Source: Macrostomum lignano
Taxonomy: Eukaryota
Direction of reading: 5' to 3'
Assembly: GCA_002269645.1 (NCBI GenBank)
Contig: NIVC01001461.1
Span: 1-64,000 of the forward strand
DNA length: 64,000 bases
Shown here: piece by piece, positions 13,411 to 29,800 of the stretch
How the letters are laid out: each line of letters begins with the position of its first letter
How positions within the stretch are numbered: position 1 is the stretch's first letter
Position numbers and translations under genes: made by a program
Notes under the pieces: model-generated
What the model saw: the letters and a program-made list of their open reading frames with translations, nothing else
Databases searched by the model: none
What the model was told of the DNA's origin: nothing

Positions 13411-14129
13411 TTATAGCTGATTAACCAAAAATTTATGCAAAACCTCTTTTGCAATCTGTAAAGCGCAGCGCAAACAAAAACTGTCTCCCTAACAATAAAA
13501 TTCACAATTTCAGCTGAAAATTAGAAATTTAAGCAAAAATCCAAGCTATCTGGTAAGTCGGGTCCAAAACAAGAATTTATTCCATTCAAACTAAGACTTG
13601 CCAATTTCAGTATTAGTTGCTAGGGAGATGCGCTGGGACTTACATTCGAGCAGCAGCTCAGTTGCCGGGCTGTCTCTACGAGCTGAAGGAAATGAATTTC
13701 GCTCAGTTTGGAGTTCTCAGCAATCTCAGCTGTCTGGCATTCGGCTCGGTCTGCGATCGGATTCAAAATCAATTACTTGACCCGATTATTGACTTCTCGG
13801 CCTTGAAGCAGCTCCTGGAGCTGTTTTGGCGCGAGTTGCTTTGACCTCGGGTGATTAAAGCAAATCGCCGGTGAAATTCCGCGTGCTCTGATGGAGAAAA
13901 TCTCTCCGAAAAATGCCTGTAGCTACAGGTGTTGCTTTCAGGGAGCTAAAAGGAAAATGGGGGATTTTTTCAGGGAGGAGCCACGGGATCTCTGCTTCGA
14001 TTTCTGGGGAAGCTGGCTTTGTTGCTTTCTGCTTCTCGCTTGCGCTTGATGTGCCGCTCCCATTGGCTGCAGCAGCTGGCCCAATTGCTGGCATGGAGTG
14101 GCGTCCTCAGTCTGGGGCAGCTGCTGAGC

Positions 14130-14160
<31 letters not shown>

Positions 14161-14207
14161 GGCAGACAGACACACAGACAGAGAGACAGACAGACAGACA
14201 GATAGGC

Positions 14208-14281
<74 letters not shown>

Positions 14282-14290
14282 GTAGGTAGG

Positions 14291-14325
<35 letters not shown>

Positions 14326-14340
14326 GTAGGTAGATAGATA
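14130..14340. repeat. Compound (CAGA)n-(GATA)n microsatellite
   Basis: Read directly; abuts the left arm of the inverted-repeat element. Confidence 0.95.
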
Positions 14341-19113
<4,773 letters not shown>

Positions 19114-19594
19114 CTTATTATTATTATTAGAAGTTGCCAAGCAACTATGAAATTTCTTCTGAACTTCTTATAGGCCCAGCGAGGAGAATGTGGGCTTCTT
19201 GTACTACTTTATCGCATAATGCCATTCACTTAAAGCTCTTTACTGAAAAACTCTTTGATGCGGCTCATCTGGAGCGAAATGTTTGTGCATCATACAGCAT
19301 CCGAATGCGCCGAAGCGAATTGAATCACGCACGCAACAATTTAGCCTCTCCTGCGAGCTGACATCGGGACTTCAAAGCGTTTGGGTTGGCTTGTTTCGAA
19401 ATTTAATCCATGAATCAAGGGGGCAAGCTCAGGGGAGCGAGAGGAATCTGTTCCTGTGTGTCATGAAGAAAGCGTTAATGATTCGAGCAGGACCTTTATA
19501 AGTCATGAGATCGGGAAGACTTCGTTTGCCTTCTTATAAAAAATGCTCCTAGCCAGTTAGCTTAAATTTATAGCTTTCTAATACGGTAAACTGC

Positions 19595-19914
19595 GGAGCT
19601 GCAGCCCCTCACAGTGTCTCCGCGACAGCATTGTGCAAGCTGGTACACCCAGCCCTTGAAGGCTGCAGCTTGGGCTGTACATCTGTGGCCATCGTTTGCG
19701 GGTATTTCATGGCTTGACAGTCTTCCCATCATATGATTCTAAAGCATCGCCACTTAGCACTGCCAAAGCATCACCCACCCAGCACTCCCACAAAACACTT
19801 TTAAGCAGTCTTGTTCCTTATTTACTGCATCACTAGTCCCTGTAGGTCAATTTCCGCGATAGCTTCAAAGACATCCCACAGAATCGATTCAAAAGCACCA
19901 AACTTGAAGTTGCA
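19595..19914 (+). pseudogene. Diverged duplicate fragment of MED12 intron 1 plus the start of exon 2
   Basis: Colinear with 24048-24190 and 25318-25441. After TGTAG it reads VNFRDSFKDIPQNRFKSTKLE versus VNVREGFKDILQNRFKGTKLE in the gene (16/21 identical). Only ~2 minisatellite units. Flanked by imperfect 42/46-bp direct repeats. Confidence 0.85.
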
Positions 19915-20779
19915 CCAGTTAGCTTACATTTGTAACTTTCTTTCAAATACGGTAAACTGCACTACATGTACTTAGGACCCTGTTAAGTGCCATTTTTTAG
20001 GAACTTTGTTGCGAAAAACAAACCCCAATACTATACTAAATTGAATACCTACTTGGATATTTACTTCTACATGCAATACCTCACCATACGCTCGTATATA
20101 CTCTCAATGTCTATATTTCAATGTCTACTTACTTTATATTCTCTAAAACGCAAATTAAACTGTACTATTGGAAGAGGTATCCAAAGTAGATATTCAATTT
20201 AGTATACTACTGGCGTTTGTGAGTAGTATAAATTGCATTATTCGCGACAGATTTTCACAAAAATTAACAAGGTCCAAAGCTGTAATAACTGCAGAAGCTG
20301 AGCATCTGTAGTGGACCGTATATGGGCTACCCATTCATAATTTACGTTTGTATAGATGTACAGCTATACATTGTATAGGAAATGTTTTAATGATGTAATG
20401 GCCCAATTTCAATTTACACTGCATATTGGCTTACGTTGGCTATTGTGCAGAGAGTTGAACTTTTTTCCATTTTCCAGTTTGAATACATGCTTTTCACATG
20501 TACATGTACATATGTACTTTTGGCTTTTACTTGTAGTGCAGGATAATGTCCTGTCAACACTTCCCAACCTTAATGTAAACTACATTGTAGCTCGTATGTA
20601 CGCATTTAAACTGGCAAACGCATTATTAGATGTACCTATATAGTACGTGCGGCAGTTGTTTGCTTAAAGTTGATGTGCCTGCGAGCACGAAAAGCAATTT
20701 TCAAAGTGCAATTTTCAAAGTTAAGGTATCCAAACAGTGTGTACGTCCAGTACGGGGGCAATGATTATTGTTGTATAAC

Positions 20780-20951
20780 CAGGGGCGGATCCAGTGGGTG
20801 GCCAAGAGGGCCATGCCCCCCTCAACCGCGGCCAAAAAAATTGGGCCATACTTTTTTGGCCTGCAAATATGCCAGGTCTATTTTCTAATATTGGGCTGTA
20901 GTACTTGGTACAGCTTGCCCTTCCCTCAAAAAGTTTCTGGATCCGTGCCTG
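20780..20951. mobile_element. hAT-type MITE (172 bp)
   Basis: TIR CAGGGGCGGATCCAG / CTGGATCCGTGCCTG (13/15). 8-bp TSD TGTATAAC / AGTATAAC (7/8). Confidence 0.8.
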
Positions 20952-22187
20952 AGTATAACAGGACGTAAACTCAAGGATCATGTACTTTTTGGAGGCCAGT
21001 TTCCCTGAAAAAATTTAATGGTGAATATCTGAATACCAGTTTTAAAATGATTACGGTGCATGAAATTCTGAAAGAGAGAAATCAGTACCATCATTCGGCA
21101 GTTGTGGCTGCTTTTTCTATTGCCATTCGCTCTTCTCTGACTTCTTAGTTACAAGTTACAAGATTGACATCCTAAATCAAGGCAATAAGATATTTACGGA
21201 TTGATCGTAGGCCGAAGAAAATGGGTCACGCACCAGAGTCAATTTAAAATCCACGAAATAATTTTTATATGTTAGTGCACACCGCCCCCTCAACAAAGAA
21301 CACATAAGACACAGAGCTGGCGAGCAGACGAGGTGAGGGAGCCTGGCAACGGAGCCCCCAACACCAAACAAAAGCAGGCGCGAAAGGAAAAGCAAAGCAA
21401 AAGGAACGCGCCAAAGGCAAAGGGGCAAAGAGGTGTTGTGATTTAAAAACTCAATGTACTTACCCATACTGTAGCTCTCTCTCTCTCCCTCTGACATTCT
21501 GACAACTCTCCCCACCCCTTCCATGCTATTCCATTCTATTTCAATAAGAATGATTTTTGGTAGCAACCATTTTAATGATATTGATAGATAAGTTTAGAAA
21601 TAACCATTTTGGAAACAGGAGTAGGTAGTAAATAAGTTATTATGTGTAATTATTTAGACTATTAAAAATAAACAATATTAAGATACACTAAAATAGATCA
21701 ACCCAAGGTCCTTAACCAAGATTTACTAATAAAGAATAATTACTAAGATAGAAAATAGAACAAAGTACTAATAATAGGCCTAACATAGATTAAAAGATAA
21801 TAATTAATTGATAAAAGTAACTATATTTATAGTTTGCTTCTACAAACTTCCTTTATCTATTTCTTTTTTCTTTAGTGTTTCCATTAATCTAGGCCCTATC
21901 TTCGTTGATAGTCTATCTCTGTTTATCTTGGTCTATCTTAGTAAAATATCTTGATTTAATAAAGTTTAATAGCTATTATTATATTTTTATTTTATTATAT
22001 TGACTTTGATAGAAAGTGGTTATGAATAAAAGAATATTTGGTATCTAAGTAGGCCATTCAAAATAAAAGCTATTACAAATTGATAAATATTTATTAAGGT
22101 ATTTATTGCAAACTGCTTGTTGATTCCATTGGTTATTTACTAGACAGTAATATTTTAGCTTTTTCATTGAATGTATATTGCTAAAAC

Positions 22188-22683
22188 CCTATAGTGTGGA
22201 TCATGCTAATTCCCTAAAACCCTAACAACCCAAAGCTAATTCCCAAAAGCACGCCGACAACAAGCGGATGCACGCCGATAAATTAAAATTCAAATTGAAG
22301 ACAAAAAACGTATTTTAAATTGCATTGTGTAAAACAAAGCAACAAATAATGTACAAAAGAAATGATATATCTTTAAAAATGTGTATTTCTCATACATTAA
22401 TTTATTTAACAGTCTTATACACTGTTTATTTACAATAGTTTTTTTCAAAAGTTAAATACAATAATACATATTTTATGTCTGCTTACCATTGCATTGGCAG
22501 CTTTGCCATATCAGGTGCCAGGCACGCGGCACGCGGCGCATGCCAGGCACGCCAGTGTATTTATGTAGTGTGCATTATGCATGCCAAATGCACGCCACTT
22601 ACCTAATCGCACCCCGGTGCACGCCACTTTTGAAAATGCACACGGGAAAATTCTCGCGTGCACTACATGATCTACACTATGGG
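22188..22683. mobile_element. MITE (~496 bp) with 18-bp TIRs and GCACGCC subterminal repeats
   Basis: TIR CCTATAGTGTGGATCATG / CATGATCTACACTATGGG (16/18). 7-bp TSD CTAAAAC on both sides. Confidence 0.7.
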
Positions 22684-23011
22684 CTAAAACTATTATATGA
22701 TAGATTTTTTTAATATTTACTATGCTTTTGACAATATAGTCAATTTGATTATTTCATAGATTAAAAAAGTTAGTTAATACCAAGTAAGATATACTTTTAA
22801 GTTTAAGTTTGAAGCTTAAATATAATATATTATAATAAATTTTGGAAAATAAGGAAGTGTCAAGTATTTGATATTAAATTAAGCCACTTTATTGTCAACA
22901 TTCTTTAATATATACTAGAATAGAAAAATAGACTAATATCTTAATAATAATATGCTCATATCTAGACATAGAATCAAGATATTTTATCATTAATATAATA
23001 TCATATACTAG

Positions 23012-23241
23012 CAATAGCAGATCTAGAATTTCATTTAAAGGAGGGGGGTTGTTCCAAGTTTTGGGGCACTAAATTTTAAGCTAAAGGGCCTAAAATTTGT
23101 ATAAGGCCAAAAAGGCAAACTTAAAGATGCAAAAATGTGTTTAAAGGGTACAAACCTAGGTTTTCAAGGGTGCAATATGTTCTATTAAGCTAAAAAAAGG
23201 GAGAGTAGCAGCCCCCTCACTGCCCCCCTAAATCTGCCCTG
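23012..23241. mobile_element. Older hAT-type MITE (230 bp)
   Basis: Degenerate TIR CAATAGCAGATCTAG / CTAAATCTGCCCTG. 8-bp TSD TATACTAG / TGTACTAG (7/8). Confidence 0.6.
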
Positions 23242-23780
23242 TGTACTAGATATTAGTATGTAGTTTACAGTATATAGTATAGTATATAGTATATTTTACT
23301 ATCTAGTATTTAAAAAAAATTCACTAATTTTTATCATTATTACACCATTGATCCATAAATAATAAATAAAGTTTGTTTTTTGCAGTTATTATTTTTTGTG
23401 CTTTCAATTATGAGCAAAAGCATTTAGAACTTGTAGCATCAATTAAATAAGAAATTATCCTATAGTCTATGGTATTTACCCATTCTTACAATAGCAATTT
23501 CAGCCAGTTTCAGCCATATATGTTTCAAGAAATTTGCTCATATTTTTTTATGGTAAAGAGCAATTTTAGTTTAATTAAAGGTAGGTTTGTTAATCCAAAG
23601 TTAATATTCTGTTAGTGACATTTTTAAAATCGATTCAAGCAAACTCAAAAGTCAAGGGGCTATTAAAATAGAATTTGTATATAATGAAATAATATTTCTG
23701 GTTGCCAGACTGCATGTAGCCTTTTGCTTAGTTGGCAATAGAAATTTGCTCAGGATACTCAGAGCTCTTTACTCACTAGT

Positions 23781-23805
23781 GCTAACTCACATTGCAATTT
23801 CCCAG
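23781..23805 (+). promoter_or_regulatory. Unpaired acceptor-like site upstream of the MED12 ATG (candidate trans-splice acceptor)
   Basis: GCTAAC branch-like motif then ...ATTGCAATTTCCCAG, 37 nt before the ATG; no upstream coding exon needed. Confidence 0.35.
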
Positions 23806-23842
23806 TGCTAATTGGCCACTGAGGCATTTCACCAGCCCGTGA

Positions 23843-26800
23843 ATGAGCATGCCATCGTTTCCCTCCTTGGAGACGCTCTCGCTGAAGAAGGCCCGGCTGG
23901 AGAGAAAGCCTCTTGGCCCGCCCGAGGTTTATCCGCAGATGCCCAATCAGGATGAGGATAAACTGGATCAGGTTGGTTCAAGATCCATCTTGTTGGCAGG
24001 GGATGAATCCTAGTTGATAATTCTTTGCTGCAATAAATACAGGCTAGAAGCTGCAGCTCTCACAGTGTCTCCCCGACAGCATTGTGCAAGCTGTTTCACA
24101 GCCCTTGAAGGCTGCAGCTTATGCTGTACATCTGTGACCACCGTTTGCGGGTATTTCATGGCTTAGCAGTCTTTGTATTCTATGATTCTAAAGCATCGCC
24201 CTTGAGCACTCCCAAAGCATCGCCCTTGAGCACTCCCAAAGCACCGCCCTTGAGCACTGCAAAAGCATCGCCCTTGAGCACTGCAAAAGCATCGCCCTTG
24301 AGCACTGCAAAAGCATCGCCCTTGAGCACTGCAAAAGCATTGCCCTTGAGCACTGCAAAAGCATCGCCCTTGAGCACTGCAAAAGCATCGCCCTTGAGCA
24401 CTGCAAAAGCATCGCCCTTGAGCACTCCCAAAGCATCGCCCTTGAGCACTCCCAAAGCATCGCCCTTGAGCACTCCCAAAGCACCGCCCTTGAGCACTGC
24501 AAAAGCATCGCCCTTGAGCACTGCAAAAGCATCGCCCTTGAGCACTCCCAAAGCATCGCCCTTGAGCACTCCCAAAGCACCGCCCTTGAGCACTGCAAAA
24601 GCATCGCCCTTGAGCACTGCAAAAGCATCGCCCTTGAGCACTGCAAAAGCATCGCCCTTGAGCACTGCAAAAGCATTGCCCTTGAGCACTGCAAAAGCAT
24701 CGCCCTTGAGCACTGCAAAAGCATCGCCCTTGAGCACTGCAAAAGCATCGCCCTTGAGCACTCCCAAAGCATCGCCCTTGAGCACTCCCAAAGCACCGCC
24801 CTTGAGCACTGCAAAAGCATCGCCCTTGAGCACTGCAAAAGCATCGCCCTTGAGCACTGCAAAAGCATCGCCCTTGAGCACTGCAAAAGCATCGCCCTTG
24901 AGCACTGCAAAAGCATTGCCCTTGAGCACTGCAAAAGCATCGCCCTTGAGCACTGCAAAAGCATCGCCCTTGAGCACTCCCAAAGCATCGCCCTTGAGCA
25001 CTCCCAAAGCACCGCCCTTGAGCACTGCAAAAGCATCGCCCTTGAGCACTGCAAAAGCATCGCCCTTGAGCACTGCAAAAGCATCGCCCTTGAGCACTCC
25101 CAAAGCATCGTCCTTGAGCACTCCCATAGCATCGCCCTTGAGCACTGCAAAAGCATCGTCCTTGAGCACTCCCATAGCATCGCCATTGAGCACTCCCATA
25201 GCATCGCCCTTGAGCACTCCCATAGCATCGCCCTTGAGCACTCCCAAAGCATCGCTCTGAAGCACTGCCAACGCATCGCCCTTGAGCACTCCCAAAGCAT
25301 CGCCCTTGAGCACTCCTACAACACACTCACTCTTGAGCAGTCTTGTACCTTATTTACTGCATCACTAATCCGTGTAGGTCAATGTCCGTGAAGGCTTCAA
25401 AGACATCCTGCAGAATCGATTCAAAGGCACCAAACTGGAAGAATACTCTTCCATAGCCAAAAATTTCAATTGCTCCAGCGAAGACGTGCTGGGCGCATTC
25501 AAGAAGATTGTACAGCGCAAAGTGGACGTTAACGTGATGCCGGACACCAGCAAGAGGCGCGGCGCCATCAGCAAGGACATCTCCCTGCCCATGGCCGGCC
25601 GGACCGCCAGCAAAGTTGAAGAGTGGTTTAAGGATTTCAAATCTGGCGAACAATTGACTAAATTGTCGGCTAAAGTGCCCCTGTCAGTGAAGAAGGAGGA
25701 CATACTCAAGGAGGTGTTCAAGAATCGTCTGCCCGTGCACCGGGCCATCTGGTATTTGAAGGTCTGGTGGCAGTTCAGCAGCAGCTTGTCCGAATCGTCT
25801 AAGAAGAAAAAACCATTTGATGCGCCTGAGGTTCAGGTAAACCTGCTGGCTGCTGACCCAAGCAGACCTATTGACCTATTCAGTGTGTCAGTGATTGCTG
25901 ACCCAAGCAGACCTATTGACCTATTCAGTGTGTCAGTGATTGCTGACCCAAGCAGACCTATTGACCTATTCAGTGTGTCAGTGATTGCTGACCCAAGCAG
26001 ACCTACTGACCTATTTATTGTGTCAGTGACGGCTGACCCAAGCAGACCTATTGACCTATTCAGTGTGTCAGTGATTGCTGAGTGCTGACCCAAGCAGACC
26101 TATTGACCTATTTACTGTGTCAGTGATTGCTGACCCAAGCAGACCTATTGACCTATTTATTGTGTCAGTGACGGCTGACCCAAGCAGACCTATTGACCTA
26201 TTCAGTGTGTCAGTGATTGCTGACCCAAGACGACCTATTGACCTATTTAGTGTGTCAGTGATTGCTGACCCAAGTATATCTATTGATCTATTTAGTGTGT
26301 CAGTGTCAGTGACGGCTGACCAAAGCAGACCTATTGACCTATTCAGTGTGTCAGTGATTGCTGACCCAAGCAGACCTATTGACCTATTCAGTGTGTCAGT
26401 GATTGCTGACCCAAGCAGACCTATTGACCTATTCAGTGTGTCAGTGATTGCTGACCCAAGCAGACCTATTGACCTATTTAGTGTGTCAGTGATTGCTGAT
26501 CCAAGCAGACCTACTGACCTATTCAGTGTGTCAGTGATTGCTGACCCAAGCAGACCTATTGACCTATTCAGTGTGTCAGTGATTGCTGACCGAAGCAGAC
26601 CTATTGACCTATTAAGTGTGTCGGTGATTGCTGACCCAAGCAGACCTATTGACCTATTTAGTGTGTCAGTGTCAGTGACGGTTGACCAAAGCAGACCTAT
26701 TGACCTATTTAGTGTGTCAGTGACGGCTGACCCAAGCAGACCTATTGACCTATTCAGTGTGTCAGTGATTGCTGACCCAAGCAGACCTATTGACCTATTC

Positions 26801-29800
26801 AGTGTGTCAGTGATTGCTGACCCAAGCAGACCTACTGACCTATTCAGTGTGTCAGTGACGGCTGACCCAAGCAGACCTATTGACCTATTTAGTGTGTCAG
26901 TGACGGCTGACCCAAGCAGATCTATTGACCTATTGACCTATTTGCCGTCCAAACGCAGGTCAAGAACGACATCTGCACGCACCTGAAGGACACATTCGAG
27001 GCCGCGGTCGATGGCGCAGACGAGGATGTGCAAGACGAATGGAACTACGTCTGGGACCTGCTGGTTGCCATGCTGGATCAGAGCCTGTTCGAGCAGCTGG
27101 AGATTCTCCGCTGGGTCACCGAGTTCGTTGAGCGCTGCCGCCGCTCAGAAAATCAGCTGGCGTTCCTCCTGCCTCACCTGCTGGCCGTGGTGCAGCACTT
27201 CTCCACCTCCGAGCTGGAGAGTCGCAGATTTCTCGGCGTCTGCTGCAGCGTTGTTCACGACTTGAGCAGCGTTGTTGACCTGCAGTTCGCCCAGCGGTCG
27301 CAGTGCCCGCAGCACTACCAGATCCTGCTGTCAGTCACCAGCCTGATTGTCACCACCATCCTGCGCTGCCCGGAGTCCGCCGTTTGGTCCGCCGCCGTCA
27401 GCTGCGAGTCGCCGCTGTATGGAAGCCCCCTGGACCGCCTGCCATGCAACCTGCTGTGCCTGCCAGTGCCGCCGAAACTGCTGGACCCCCTGCGCCAGCT
27501 CATGCTAGAGATTATCAACAGGAGCGCCGAGGCTGAGCAGCATTGGACCCGTCGGGTTGACAGTCCGGACACTCTGCGGCTTATTGAAGTGCTGGAGCAC
27601 CTGGACAAGCACGACTATATGTCTGAGGATAATAAAGTGAGCCAAGCCGCGAGTACCGCATCCCAGTGTCATTGGGGTGCTTCTAACTGCTCTACTGATC
27701 AAGGGATAAAAGATACTGGCAGAGGCAGCTGTGATCTGAGATTTTGGGCTGCTGTAATATGAGATTTTGGGCTGCTATAATATGAGATTTTAGCCAGCTG
27801 TAATATGAGATTTGGGCTGCTGTAATATGAGATTTTGGGCTGCTGTAATATGAGATTTTGAGCTGCTGTAATATGAGATTTTAGGCTGCTGTAATATGAG
27901 ATTTTAGGCTGCTGTAATATGAGATTTTAGGCTGCTGTAATATGAGATTTTGGGCTGCTGTAATATGAGATTTTGGGCTGCTGTAATATGAAATTTTGGG
28001 CTGCTGTAATATGAGATTTTGGGCTGCTGTAATATGAGATTTTAGGCTGCTGTAATATGAGATTTTGGGCTGCTGTAATATGAGATTTTGGGCTGCTGTA
28101 ATATGAGATTTTAGCCAGCTGTAATATGAGATATTGGGCAGCTGTAATATGAGATATTGGGCTGCTGTAATATGAGATTTTAGCCAGCTGTAATATGATA
28201 TTTTGGGCTGCTATAATATGAGATTTTGGGCTGCTATAATATGAGATTTTGGGCTGCTGTAATATGAGACTTTGGGCAGCTGTAATATGAGATTTTGGGC
28301 TGCTGTAATGAGACTAGGTGGCTGTAGCATGAGATTTTGGGCTTTGTTTTTCAGACAAGTTTCACGCCTTTTCCCAAGCAAGCAAGCCTCCAATCCCACT
28401 TTCCCCAGGAGGCGCTGCAGCAGGGCGAGTCTGAGATGCCACTGCAGGACAAGGACATCATGCACAACCTCTTCACCAAGTGCTTCGATCGGGAGGACCC
28501 GGAGAGCGACCTTCGGGTGGCCAATCTGCTCTGCCAGTGGGCTGTGCACCCGAGCCGCGGCGGCTGCCACCGGCCAGTGGTTGCCGCGGTGCTCATGGAG
28601 AAGCTGCGCTTGCTGAACCGGGTGGATCCGGTCCGGTTGCACGATCAGCTGGTCAGCTTTCTGAATAGCGACTCGGCGCCTAGGCAGGACCGCGAATCCG
28701 GACCCGACTGCCAGGAGCCGTTCCGGAATCTGGTGGCCCTCTTTGGCGAGCTCATCGATAGGGAGATCTTCGACCACGACAGCTATGCCAGGTGAGGGGT
28801 GTACATGACGATTCGTAGGTGTACTTCAACTAAGCAATACGAAACGCAAAAACACGGGCTAATTTTAGTTGCTCACCTTCTCAAACAAGAGTCAAATCTT
28901 GAATATCTCCGAGATATTCAACACAATTATACCAGCAGGTCGGATTTTCCCATAAGCGCTAGTGTATTCAATTCTTCAGCTGAAGTTTCATCAGCATGTC
29001 ATCCACACGTGTCTGCATCAGCTCTGACTTTCCAGACCTTCAACAGGTGACACCAGGTGACTTGCTACAGTTGAATTACATTAGGGGCATATCCTGCGTA
29101 CCTATTCAGGTACCTGATCGCGCACGACATTCTGAGCTCGGAGAAGGCGCCGCTGGTTTTCTCTGAGACTGAGTACAGCCCGCCTGGCCTGGCTCAGCAG
29201 CCCAGCAAGCACATCCAGTACCTGGCCCACTTCCCCCTGCCCGCCGATGACACCTACGCTCACGAGGCCAGCCAGCGCCTCCACATGCTCTACGGGGTCG
29301 GCAAAAGCGAGGAAGCTTTGAAGAGATTCCTGCGCCGTCTGGTGCGGGAGGTCAGCCGGCTGTTCACCAAGAAGCACAACCTGATGGACGCCAGCACCGG
29401 CATGTACGCCAAGCAGCGCCGGGCCGGCAGCGCCGACGAGGACGCCGAGCTCAACGATATTAGGCGCCGATTCTCTATGCTCACGTTCTGCGAGATGGAG
29501 CTGGTTACTGCTCAAGTGAGTCTGGAGACAACAGCAAATTTTTCAGTTTCTTAGGTGCTGGGCCAGCCTCCCAGATCCTCAGTTGCTGGGCCAGCCTTTC
29601 AGATCCTCAGTTGCTAGGCCAGCCTCCCAGATCCTCGGTTGCTGGGCCAGCCTTTCAGATCCTCAGTTGCTGGGCCAGCCTCCCAGATCCTCAGTTGCCA
29701 GGCCGGCCTCCCAGATCCTCAGTTGCCGGGCCAGCCTCCCAGATCCTCAGTTGCTAGGCCAGCCTCCCAGATCCTCAGTTGCTGGGCCAGCCTTTCAGAT

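Noticed and set aside
24121-25326. Four overlapping ORFs of ~370-390 aa (ASPLSTAK etc.)
   Set aside because: Intron 1 minisatellite of MED12, bounded by GT/AG sites that join conserved exons.
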